64,000 nucleotides of DNA from NCBI RefSeq assembly GCF_006345805.1, contig NW_021832864.1:1-64000 (forward strand), in the 5' to 3' direction. Source of the stretch: Octopus sinensis. Taxonomy: Eukaryota. The notes beneath the pieces are model-generated. The model was not told the origin of the DNA and made no database searches. It saw only the letters and a list, made by a program, of their open reading frames with translations. The translations under genes and the position numbers were made by a program. Positions 52,210-64,000 of this stretch are shown piece by piece (the stretch's first letter is position 1; the number at the start of each line of letters is the position of its first letter).

Positions 52210-52989
52210 CATACACACACACACACACACACACAAACACACACAAACACACGCACTTGTTTATATATGTATGGGTGCAACATCGAATTTCCAGCACAAT
52301 ATGTTCCATGTCCTTCCCGGATAAACCGTTCTACCGAACTAGATTAGCTCCCTTTGGTCAACACCCCTCTAACTTAGTAATTATATGCATCTCGTCTCTC
52401 TGAAGCATCTTAAAATGGTAAAGAGTAAAGATCCCCTTCGGTTATGAATAACCATGGGATCGCACCTAGAAAGTTCTCCTCCAAGGTACAAGTCCGGGAA
52501 AGGTTGTTTACGGAAGATCAGCAGTCGCTCATGCATACCATTCACACCAGTGACGTCGCAGCTCATTTTTGCAGCTGAGTGAACTGGATAAACGGGAAAT
52601 AAAGTGTCTTTTTCAAGAACGCAACACACAACCCGGGTCAGGAATCGAACTCTATCCACTGAGCCATGTGCCTTCCAATGCATCATAGACCGACAGAATT
52701 TTAAATTGAATAAATATTAGATTCTCTTAAACACAAATACCTGTACATTTGTACAAATGTCAAGTTTATTTATACTGTACTCTACAAAGTACTGTTCTGT
52801 AAAGATATCTGTATCAATGAAACATGGTGGATTACACAAGATGTATTAAACAAAACTTAAAGGCAAATTTATTAATTTCTGTCCTTAAAACGAATGCTCT
52901 AGCACTAATACTTTGAAATTGACAAATTTTAGAATTTTACTTGAAATGTGAATTTTATTAAGTTTTACTGTTTATTTCGTTGGTGATCA

Positions 52990-53980
52990 ATTCATCTTAG
53001 ATTTCTGATGTTGTAGGTTGAATATCCGGGTTACTTGAAGTTGAAGCAGCAGGGCATCCATTATTCTTGGTTATCTTTTTAAATATTTCCTCCGAGCGAA
53101 GTTGCTCCATGTGTTTTGATCTTTTCCTGCGTAATTTTTCACGCAACAAATGTAAATTCATTAGTTCTCGTTCCGTAAAGACTGTATGTTGATCTATCCC
53201 TTTGATTACATCATTGACCAAACGCAATTAAACTCTTATAGAAAAGTCTTTCAGCTACATCTGTTTCATTTTCATTATTGCCATCTTCATTACTTCCTCT
53301 GCTTTCATTAAAATGCAGAATAGTATTTATAATTTCCGAGTCATTTGTAAGGTGATGCACAAAAGGTATTTCTTCGTCGATATTCATTCACTCTGTCAAA
53401 TCTTCTTCACTATGGTTATTTGCTATATCCTTGCAAACAGGTCTTGTAAAAGTTTTGTATACGCAAGCAACACATGAACACTATCCTCCTTTGATAAATT
53501 AAATTCTGTGAAATCGCCGGATTTATTATCAAACGTTTAGGTAGGTCATATCTTATGTCAGGCTTTCTTTGGTGTAGACACTTCCCCCTCTCTTATAATC
53601 TAGCAATGAGCTAAAGAACATCCTTCTTATTAAATTCCTTAAATGCCGATACAGACTTGTCAGTATTCACCACATCAGAAATATAACTTATGAAAAGTGA
53701 GCAATACTTAACCTTTAGAATACCGTATACCTTGGTCTTAGAGTTAAGAAGTGACATACAGCTGAATACTGTGTGTCATACTGTATAATCATTTTATTTC
53801 ACGACTATTCAACTTTGGAGAAGTGGATGAATAGATGTCCAGAAATCTTATACTGAACGAATGTTCAAAATACTTATAGTCTTCTGGTAGGTCTACAAAT
53901 GTACAGGCTTCTTTGGCTTCTTGTACATTAAAAGTTTTCAAACCATTCTTTGGTAATTTTGGTGGTAATCAAGCCATTTT
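52990..53980 (-). pseudogene. Decayed coding-like sequence, possibly a pogo/Tigger-like C-terminus
   Basis: Interrupted peptides EEDLTE*MNIDEEI and LMNLHLLREKLRRKR; no catalytic motif recognised. Confidence 0.3.
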
Positions 53981-54499
53981 TATTTGAACAATTAATGCCA
54001 GAATAAATTTTAACGTACATTCAAAGTGAGATACTAGCTGCACATATACTAGTTTGTTAACCGGATAGGAGATTTCCAACAAAATTTTGCAGATATGGTT
54101 AGAGAGTAAAAAAAATTACTTTTAAAATATCTAAGAAATAAACTCAGTTGTCATCTTTGCCTAACATGAAAACTACTATTATTCATTATTCTAAAATAAT
54201 AATAATAAAAATAACTACTTGGATACAAGAACTGACTTACATCATACTGATTTGCATAAGTGTTATTCCGTTAATATAAATCATCCGAACCAGCATATTA
54301 TTATATTGAGGAAGTTAGCATTCAGTATTTCAATTATATTCTCTCCTCCTATTTCTTCATTTCTTTCACTAGTACACTCATTCTCTCTTTTTTTCCCTTA
54401 GTTAACTTCCAATGCTTTCTTTGCTGGCTTTCTTATTTAACCTAGTTCCCTTACTTTCTTATCTTCTTTTATTTGCACTTGTTTTCTCTTACTATTGTC

Positions 54500-54576
<77 letters not shown>

Positions 54577-55199
54577 TATATATATATGCATATACATATA
54601 TATGCACATATATTTATGTGTATATATATATATATGTATATGTATATATACATTCATATATACATGTATACATGCATAATACAAATATACATACACACAC
54701 ATATGTATATACATATATACATACATATATATATATATTATATATATATATAATATATATATATATAATATATATTTTTACAGCATGTCACCAGTGTTAT
54801 TGGGGTTAATAAAGAACTTTAATTACAGCAGTCTCTTATAACATGATTTATATCCTTCCTTCACCACCTTTAGAAAAACGATCTCTTCTGGAGTCTGATC
54901 TGATTATCTTTATAATTACATAAATAACTGTACAATGCCCGTGGGTATAATCCAGACAAAACTAATGACTAAAACTTAACGTACTTTGTTTCTTTATAAA
55001 CAAGTATTTCAGTTAATCCTGCTCAAGTTAACCCCTCTGTCTACCCCTGAATAGTTTACATACAATAAAAGCATCATAGATTTGTATGAGTTCCTATGCC
55101 GTGAGGATATATGAGATTTGTGTTCGAGGTTTCGAGTGAATTTTAAAGCCTTTGACTGGAAACGTCACAATTCACTCTTTATTACTTTTTTTCATTTTC

Positions 55200-55706
55200 T
55201 GCCTTTTTGCTTGTTTCAGTCATTGGACTGTGGTCATACTGGAGCTCTACGCTGACGTGCTTAGTCGAAAAAAAAAAGAATCAACTCCGGTACTTATCGT
55301 TTAAGTCTGGTACTTAATCTATCGAACCGTTATCTTACGCGGACATTAACTAATCGATCTCGGCTGTAAGGGTGTGGGTGCTAGGCAAACACAAGCACAA
55401 AGAGACATATCCATATATATTCATGCTTACATACACTCATGCATACATTCATGCATCCATCCATCTATCCATCCGTCCATCCGTCCATCCATTTATTCAT
55501 GCATACATTCAAATATACATACATACATACACACGTACAAGGACAAATGTATACGACGGTCTTCCATACAGTTCACGTCCACCAAATTTTCTGGCAAGTC
55601 ATTGGTCGACTTGGCGCCCTAGTAGGAGACACTGGACTGAAGTGCTACGTTGTGGGACTGAATCCAAAACCATGTGGTTGCAAAGCGTGCTTATTAACTA
55701 CACATG
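55200..55706 (-). mobile_element. Diverged SINE family B
   Basis: CTTGTTTCAGTCATTGGACTGTGG tail and GTGGGACTGAA..AACCATGTGGTTG head remnants. Confidence 0.7.
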
Positions 55707-55787
55707 ACTGTGTGGTTAAGACAATTATTAAATCATTTCTTAACCACGCAACTGGATAATGTTTTACAATACTAATGCTGGTTCTAA

Positions 55788-56369
55788 TTACTTCCGCCAA
55801 GGAAGGAAGTTATGTTTTCATCGGCGTTGGTTTGTCCGTCTGTCTGTCTGTCTGTGTGCAAAATAACTCAAAAAGTTGTAAACAGTATTTAATGAAACTT
55901 GCTGGAAAAGTTGGTAACGACACAAGAAACAGATGATGAAATTTTGGTAGTGATCCGGGATTTTTTATGGATTATTGAAGGATTTTTCATCTGTTATATT
56001 TACTTTACATGAAATATTACAATGTTGCGTTCTTTGGTTATCTCCCTTGAAAACACGTTCATCGTTACCACATAACCTATGATGGCGTTGCTGTTTCTAA
56101 AGTTTATTTTCTTTTTTCTATTAGTAATTTTACTCGCGTATCTATCTTAAAATGAGTTGCTTGGTGGAGGTCTGCGGAGGATGACATGACAAGCCTTGAC
56201 TATTGGGACGAATCCTGTTTTTAAAGGGTTTAAAAAAAATTATATGACTGTGTTATTTTTCTTTTACCCGGCGTTGGTTTGGGAAATTGGGTGATTTTCA
56301 GCATGCGTGTATATGGGTGGAAATGAGCTGCTTCGCGGAGGTCTGCGCCCTCCGAGTGCCTTTCTAGTT
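55788..56369 (+). mobile_element. Helentron-associated non-autonomous element (HINE/DINE-1-like)
   Basis: 5' subTIR ACTTCCGCCAAG, (GTCT)n microsatellite, 3' subTIR CTTCGCGGAGGT, hairpin GCGCCCTCCGAGTGC, CTAGTT end, TT flanks. Confidence 0.8.
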
Positions 56370-56664
56370 TTTAATTGAGTTTAATCTTACGTATGCATCG
56401 TCGTGGAATACCGGCAAATGGTTTTTGCACCACTGTATATAGTCATAGACTGGCAATTCAGTTTACGCCGGTTCATTTCAGGTACGTGATGTCGATAACC
56501 CACAAAGGTAGCGAAATTTCGGTGTTCATCACTTCTTGATGGGATTAGGGTGGAGTTATCTCACCTGTCTATGACTTACAGGTGTTTTAACACCCCACCG
56601 CGCTAACCCACAGCGTACCGGCGAACAAACAAAACACATATATTGAGTATGTGCGGTCGATATA

Positions 56665-56699
<35 letters not shown>

Positions 56700-56705
<6 letters not shown>

Positions 56706-56850
56706 ATCCAAACAAGAAAACAAAAACAAAAAAAAACAACAACGCAAGGACGTGGAACAAATAAAGTATTATTGGACGCTCAGGAAAGAAGGGGAGAAGG
56801 AGGGTTTGACGTTTCGAGCGGAACTCTTCGTCGGAAACATAGGAGAAGGA
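56700..56850 (-). mobile_element. Penelope-like pLTR fragment in (TA)n
   Basis: Shares ACGCTCAGGAA and ACGTTTCGAGC..CTCTTCG with the 33-417 element. Confidence 0.65.
56804..56838 (-). ncRNA. Minimal hammerhead motif (U4C variant)
   Basis: GUUU-CCGACGA-A-GAG(uuccg)CUC-GAAA-CGUC^-AAAC. Confidence 0.6.
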
Positions 56851-56948
<98 letters not shown>

Positions 56949-57062
56949 ATATATATATGTATATATATATATGTATATATATATAATATATATATATATA
57001 TGTATATATATACATGTATATATATATGTATATATATATGTATATATATATGTGTGTGTGTA

Positions 57063-57112
<50 letters not shown>

Positions 57113-57248
57113 ATGCAAGATTTTTTATGTGAAGTCGTGTGTTGAAACAGATATTATTATATTTCGGAATGGTCATTTTGCCAGTTTAGCCAATAAAAAC
57201 ACACGCACTATATATTTGGTGTTACTTTGCTTCAGTGTCTTATTTCGG

Positions 57249-57288
57249 CCAGAGTTCTTTCGTCACACTCCTGTGACCGCATCAGTGG
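57249..57288 (-). ncRNA. Hammerhead-like motif (A9C variant)
   Basis: CCA-CUGAUGC-G-GUCAC(aggagu)GUGAC-GAAA-GAAC-UC^-UGG. Confidence 0.5.
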
Positions 57289-58002
57289 TCCTTTGTTTAA
57301 AATGAAGCTGTTGCGTTGTCACAGTTTTCCTTAGGCAACAGAATATAGTGTTCTTCAGCTTCTGGGTAAATATACGCGCTGCAGTCGGTGCGTACATACG
57401 TATGTATGTATGTATGTATGTATGTATGTATGTATGTATGTATGTATGTATGTATGTATGTATATGAATTGATTGCATCGCAATCCTTAACATTTATGTA
57501 TTAACTTTGTTGGGTACTTCACTAGCAGTATATTGGATATATGTTATCCCATGGAGGGTTGCATTTACAACCCTTATCTCAATTTGTATATATATATATA
57601 GTTAAATACATACATACATACGTACGTAGATACATAGATGCACATACCAGATGCGGCATATACATTTACCCATTATGCAACCATAAGTTATGCATTTCAG
57701 TCGAGAAATTATTAAGGACCGAGGAGAAAGGAAAAGGTGGTCATTTTGAATTGTAAATATATGCAAAATATTCTCAATAGATACAATAATCAACCTGTAA
57801 ATTTTCATTAACCAAAACTTAAAACTTTTTATTTTATGATGAAATGAATACTGGGTAAATATACACGGCGCAGCCGGTGCGTACAAACGTATGTATGTAT
57901 GTATGTATGTGTATGTATGTATGTATGTATGTATGTATGTATGTATGTATGTATGTATGTATTATGTATGTATGCTTATACATACATATACATATATATA
58001 CG

Positions 58003-58061
<59 letters not shown>

Positions 58062-58097
58062 TATATATATATATATAATATTCATACACACATATAC

Positions 58098-58128
<31 letters not shown>

Positions 58129-58263
58129 AATATATATATATATTTATGTATATACATGTGTATGTGTATCTATTCACACAGACACACACACACATATATA
58201 TATATATATGTATATACATGTATATGTATGGTATATATATATACATATATATATATGTATATA

Positions 58264-58329
<66 letters not shown>

Positions 58330-58885
58330 CATTAAAACTGAGCTCTGTTTAAGTTTTGAAAGAAACACCGAAAACAATGGAAAGCGTTATAAAACTGCAG
58401 GGGAGGTGTCAAGAAGATTTACACACTTTATTTGTCTGGTCTTGATAATTAAATCGTGATAACGCTAGTGTATCACCTTCTGCTACATCAACCCTCACCC
58501 CGTCCCGAAACCGCCTTTTGCTTTTATGATACATTGAACTGAATTTAAACCCTCCATCAAGTTTTCACGTTAATTTATATTCCAAAAACCGCGGTGAGCT
58601 GGCGGAATCGTTAACACGCCAGGCAAAATTCTTTACGGAATTTCGTCCGCCTTTACGTTCTGAGTTCAAATTCCGCCGTACTTCACTTTACCTTTCATCC
58701 TTTCGGGGTCGATAAAATCCTTTCTACTATAGGCACAAGGCCTGAAATTTTGAGGGAGAGGGCTCGGTCGATTACATCGACCACAGTGCTCGTTTGGTGC
58801 TTAATTTATCGACCCCGGATAAATAAAAGGCAAAGTCGATCGCGACAGAATTTGAACTTAGCACCTAAAGACAGGAAAAATTACC

Positions 58886-59103
58886 TATTTCTTTATTACC
58901 CACAAGGGGCTAAACATAGAAGAGACAAACAAGGACAGACATAGATATTAAGTCAATTACATCGACCCCAGTGCGTTACTGGTACTTAATTTATCGACCC
59001 CGAAAGGATGAAAGGCAAAGTCGACCTCGGCAGAATTTGAACTCACAACGTAACGCAGACGAAATACCGCTAAGCATTTCGCCCGGCGCGCTAACGTTTC
59101 TGC
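58886..59103 (-). mobile_element. SINE family A inserted into an older related SINE at the homologous internal site
   Basis: TSD CAGGAAAAATTACC at 58872-58885 and 59104-59117; host head at 59118-59163, host body at ~58720-58871. Confidence 0.9.
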
Positions 59104-60189
59104 CAGGAAAAATTACCGCTAAACATTTTTGCCGGGTTGGCTAACGACTCTGCCAGTTCGCCATCTTTTTTCTGGGTCAATAAAATAAATATTAACTGAA
59201 CACTGGGGTTGATCAATCGACTTACCCGCTCCCTGAAATTGCTGGCCTTGTGCCAAAATTTGAAATCAATGTACATTTCAAACACCGGCTTAATGATAAC
59301 AAAGTTATTATAATGAATCCCACGTCGTTTTAAAAATTAATTGAAACACAGTCACTATATTTCAGCAATAAATATGGTCGCAAAAGAGTTAAGGATACCA
59401 TGTTTCTATGGAACACTCTTTAACGTTCTCATTAATTCTGTGAATAGGCAATCCAGTTGATTAAACAAATGAGATACACACCATCGAAACCAATTGAATA
59501 TCCATTTACTCTATGTACATATCCATGAATAAAAAACACCTTTGGCGATCAGAAAGAAATTAATGATTAAGCAGCCCAAGTGTAATATTTCCATATCTTT
59601 CATCTTCATAGAAGAGCTTAACTGACAGTAATCTAATTAACAACGATTCATCTCAGTTGTTTGGATGTATAATATTGAATATATTTGCATTATGTCTGCA
59701 GAAAAGTAGGGCAATGGATTGATTGAGTGGTTAGAGTGTCAATTAAAATACCTTGCGGTATTTAGCTATAATCGTTAAGTTTTGAGTTCAAATCCCGATT
59801 CGCTCGACTTTGCCTTTATTCTTCCTGAGGAAATAAACAGGGCCACACTATTCAATGCGTTCTGCCATATTTTTTAAGAGACTAATGGTGTTGATAAGGA
59901 GATTTGGCTGCTATTTTTTTAAGGCCAGGTATTTTGGGAGGAAACAGTCTATTATATTTGAGATTCGTCCTTGATTGGTACTTAATTTTATCATCAACGG
60001 AAGTGGTAAAAGTTGACTATAATCGAATTTGAACTTAAATTCTTTTCTGCTCTAGGTACAAGAGCCTGAAATTTTGGAAGAGGGGACCAGTCGATTAAAT
60101 CTGGTACTTAGTTTGTTGACCCTGAAAGGATGAAAGGCAAATTCAACCTTGGCAGAATTTGAACTCAGAATGTATAGACAGACAAAATA

Positions 60190-60417
60190 CCTATTTCTTT
60201 ACTACCCACAAGGGGCTAGAGAGGACAAACAAGGACAGACATACGGATTAAGTCGATTATATCGACCCCTGTGCGTAACTGGTACTTATTTAATCGACCC
60301 CGAAAGGATGAAAGGCAAAGTCGACCTCGGCAGAATTTGAACTCCGAACGTAGCGGGAGACGAAATACCGCTAAACATTTCGCCCGGCGTGCTAACGTTT
60401 CTGCCAGCTCACCGCCT
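60190..60417 (-). mobile_element. SINE family A fused to a headless older unit (~60040-60189)
   Basis: Junction AAATAGG|TATTTTGTC on the minus strand. Confidence 0.85.
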
Positions 60418-60719
60418 TACTCTTCAGGTAATATTAATAACAAATAATAGTCTCAAAGTTTGGTACAAAACCATCAATTTTAGTGGATGGTGCTTAGCTG
60501 ATTACATCGATCTTAGAACTTGACTGGTTCTTTATTTTATCGACACCAAAAGAATGAAAGGCAAAATTTACCTCGGCAGATTTTGAACTCAGATCGTGAA
60601 GAGCCGAAGGAAATGTCGTGAAGCATTTTGCCCCATGCAAAACACTTCTACACCATCATCATTGTTCGACCGTCGTCGAGACAATGGAATTTACCATGCT
60701 ACGCCAGACTTCACGGTCC

Positions 60720-60998
60720 ATCATGGCATTACGGAGGTCTTGTTGCTGGATGCCTGTATCCCTGGAGATTACATTAGGGTAGATGGCTTCCAGTAGAGAA
60801 GAGTAGAAATTACCTCTTTTTCAGCTATACAACAATGTCCAGCAAACTGGACTCTCCTACCTTTCACAAGAGATGACACAGGTGGTAGTTTCCCATATAT
60901 TTGCATTTTGGTTGGATGGCGCCTCCACGAGAGATTTTGAGCTCTCATAAGGAGGCGAGTGTAGGTTCCATCCAACCGCCTCTCAAGCTTCTTTGATA
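60720..60998 (-). mobile_element. RTE-like LINE fragment
   Basis: LERRLDGTYTRLLMRAQNLSWRRHPTKMQIYGKLPPVSS..RRVQFAGHC. Confidence 0.8.
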
Positions 60999-61249
60999 AC
61001 ACTTCTACAAGCTTGCTGTATTTTTAATAAACAATAAATATCTATTGCTTATTCTACAGTATCCAAACATTCTTCACACGAGGTACGCCAACACTGTGCG
61101 ACATGGTGAAGAGGTGTATCGGAAAAAAATGTTTGTAAACTCCTGCGCTACATGGTGACTCGATCTGCAAAATATGACAACCGAATCTTCCTAAGATATT
61201 GCTTTATATTCTATAAAATAGTTGAATATATACTGTAGATTGGTGTACT

Positions 61250-62335
61250 ACAATGTTGGTTGGTGTAGTACGCTGTAGTAAAGAGTAGTATGATGTGGTA
61301 CGGTAAAGTATGGTAAGGTACGGTAAGGTACGCCGTAGTATAGAGTAGTATGATGTGTTACGGTGTGGTATGTCGTAGTACAGTGTTGTATGCTGTGGTA
61401 CGATGTGGTACGCTGCAGTAGAGAGTAGTACATTGTAGTATATTTTATGTAGTACGATGTAGGACGTCGATGTGGTGTAGTGTGACGTAATGTAGTGTGA
61501 TATGGTGTGGTTTTAGTGTAGCATTGTGGTGCACCATGTTTAGAGTGGTGTGGGATTTTATAGCGTCGTGTAGTGTAAAATAGCGTAGCGTGGTGTGATG
61601 TAATTTAGTGCAACACACTATAGTAAAGTGTGGAAGTGTGTGCTTGTAGTGTTGTATAGGGCAGTATAATGTAGTGTAATATAATGTGATGCGGTATGAT
61701 GAGGTGTGATGCTGTATGGTATATTGTCGTGTGGTGTAGTATGTGTGATATATCATATTGTAGAAGGCGGCGAGCTGGCAGAAACGTTAGCACGTCGGGC
61801 GAAATGCTTAGCAGTATTTCGTCTGCCGTTACGTTCTGAATTCAAATTCCGCCGAGGTCGACTTCGCCTTTCATCCTTTCGGGGTCGATAAATTAAGTAC
61901 CAGTTATGCACTGGGGTCGATGTAATCGACTTAATCCCTTTGTCTGTCCTTGTTTGTCCTCTCTGTGCTTAGCCCCTTGTGGGTAGTAAAGAAATAGGTA
62001 TTTCGTCTGCAGTTACGTTGTGAGTTCAAATTCCGCCGAGGTCGACTTTGCCTTTCATCCTTTCGGGGTCGATAAATTAAGTACCAGTTATGCACTGGGG
62101 TCGATGTAATCGACTTAATCCCTTTGTCTGTTCTTGTTTGTCCACTCTATGTTTAGCCCCTTGTGGGTAGTAAAGAAATAAGTATGTGTGATATATCATA
62201 TTGTAGTGTAGTTTGAGGTCCTGTGATGTAGTATAGCATAATGTAGAGCAGTGCGGAGTGGTGCATATTAGTATAGAGCCGTGTAGTGTAGTGTGGTGTA
62301 GGTGTAGTGTGGTGCGGTAGATTGTAGTGTACGTG
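61250..62335. repeat. Degenerate pentamer (GTGTA-like) satellite interrupted by a SINE
   Basis: 5-nt periodicity on both sides of 61766-62180. Confidence 0.7.
61766..62180 (+). mobile_element. SINE family A dimer
   Basis: Second unit starts at 61999; 26-bp TSD AGTATGTGTGATATATCATATTGTAG at 61738-61763 and 62181-62206. Confidence 0.92.
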
Positions 62336-62849
62336 ATACAGTCTGATTGAACTCAAGTTTTATGCAAACATTAATACATAACAGAATAATTTATCACAGC
62401 AGTCAACGTCCACCATATAAATTATTTCGTGAAATTTTAATTACCGACATTATAAATAGTATAGGAACTTTACCAAACTGTTACACCTTGTTGTTATTGT
62501 TATCGTTGGCTACTTTTGGCGTATGTGTTAATATGTGTGTGTGTGTGTATGTTTTAAATCTTTATTTTGTTTTGTTATAATTTTTGCTTTGTCTAATTTC
62601 CTCTAGTTGCCCACTCTCTGTCTCTCTGCCTCTGTCTGTTTTTCTTTCTCTCTGTCTCTGTCTCCCTCTGTCTCTCTGTCACTTTCTCTGTCTCTCTCTG
62701 TCTCTCTCTCTCTCTCTTTCCAAACAGAACTTCATAAAATACAACACCTGCCTAACGACATCTCTTAATTGCCTTCTTACTTCCATGTCACTAATAGGAA
62801 CTTGACGATGCAAGCACTGAAACAACCCCCACGTTTAGCAATTACTGCA

Positions 62850-63891
62850 AAGTAAGACATGACGTGTTATTTGAAGAATCCAGTAATCTCGATCTCCATG
62901 GGAAAGATCTCCTAATCTTGCTGAACCCGTATTGGAACCAATCAGCGTGCACACAAAGGCGGACAGAGGATGCGGTGAATACACTAGCTTCAGGAGAGGG
63001 GATAGACAAGGAGGTGTTATGCCACCAAATCTCTTCAATTACTATAGCGAATTAATCATAAGAGAACTGGAGAAGGAAACAGTCTTAAGGTAGGAGGAGA
63101 AATCATCACAAACATAAGATAGCAGACGACATAGTTCACTCGCAAAATCAGAAAAGAAATTTCAGAGACTGCTGGATGTAGTGATCAGAAAAGGTGAAAG
63201 GAAGGGTCTGTTCATAAATTGCAAGAAAATAGAGTGTATGGTGGTGACAAAGAAGGGAAATCCAAATTACATACTGAAAGTGAACAATGAAATCATTAAG
63301 CAGGTATCATCCTTCAGATACCTTGGAACTTTGGTCACAGAAGATGTAAGATGTGCGAAAGAGATCAAAAGATGAATAGTGATGGCAAAATCTGCATTTT
63401 CAAAATTGTATAACTGTACTCTCAGCACCAAGACCAAGACCGTGAATTGAATTGCCATGTCTACCGTGTGTTAACGTATGGAAACGAAGCATGTCTATAA
63501 CACCAGAAATGAGAAAATGCTTGGAGAGTTGTGAATGTGGTTCTTCAGGAGAATGTTGAGGATAGTATGGACAAAGTGTCTAACGAAAAATGGTGACCCA
63601 GGATGTGGTAAATACGAAAATGCCTCGTGAGATAAGAGCCAAGCAACTGAGACTTCTTGGTCATATGATGAGGAAAAAGGGCTTGGAGAATTTAGCCACA
63701 ACCAGAAAGACTGAAGGGAAAAGAAGCAGAGGAGAGAGAAGGATGATATGGACGTCAACTTTGGGGAACTGGCCGGAAGAAAACGGCACTAAACATCAGG
63801 AAGTGGAACTGTTACAGAAAGAAAAGAACAGAGAATTGTAGCAGAACATGATTGCCTATGTTCGTCATTTTGCACATGGCGCCTAAAGAAG

Positions 63892-63892
<1 letters not shown>
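62850..63892 (+). mobile_element. Decayed RTE-clade LINE (RT to 3' end) with (ATCT)n tail
   Basis: RQGGVMPPNLFNYYSE, NIR*ADD, FRYLGT, QLRLLGHMMRK, EGKRSRG; frameshifted. Confidence 0.88.
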
Positions 63893-63959
<67 letters not shown>

Positions 63960-64000
63960 GTCTGTATGTCTGTCTATCTATCTGTCTGTCTGTCTGTCTG

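Overview
AT-rich, repeat-dense eukaryotic DNA; the SINE and LINE complement suggests a cephalopod (Octopus-like) genome, which is an inference. Almost all ORF-track entries are translations of microsatellites. The one well-supported gene is on the + strand: a signal-peptide exon (ATG 42780, phase-1 donor after 42828) spliced to a 2.9-kb exon (44353-47267). It encodes a ~987-aa type I membrane mucin with a Ser/Thr-rich stalk, SEA-like domain, one TM helix and an NPxY tail. The rest is tRNA-derived SINEs (three families, called A, B and C here), RTE, R4-like and Penelope-like retroelement fragments, decayed Tc1/mariner elements, two hAT elements with 8-bp TSDs and a Helentron-associated element. 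The most unusual signals are: (i) several minimal type I hammerhead ribozyme motifs, including one with a canonical core, a 205-nt tandem pair, and one linked to a tRNA-type Pol III head; (ii) a SINE that inserts at GGTA sites, including one inside itself, and forms multimers; (iii) a near-complete tRNA-Lys fused to a SINE-type 3' hairpin tail with compensatory changes; (iv) a cluster of nuclear-receptor half-sites upstream of the gene. All calls were made by eye; no database search or folding program was run.
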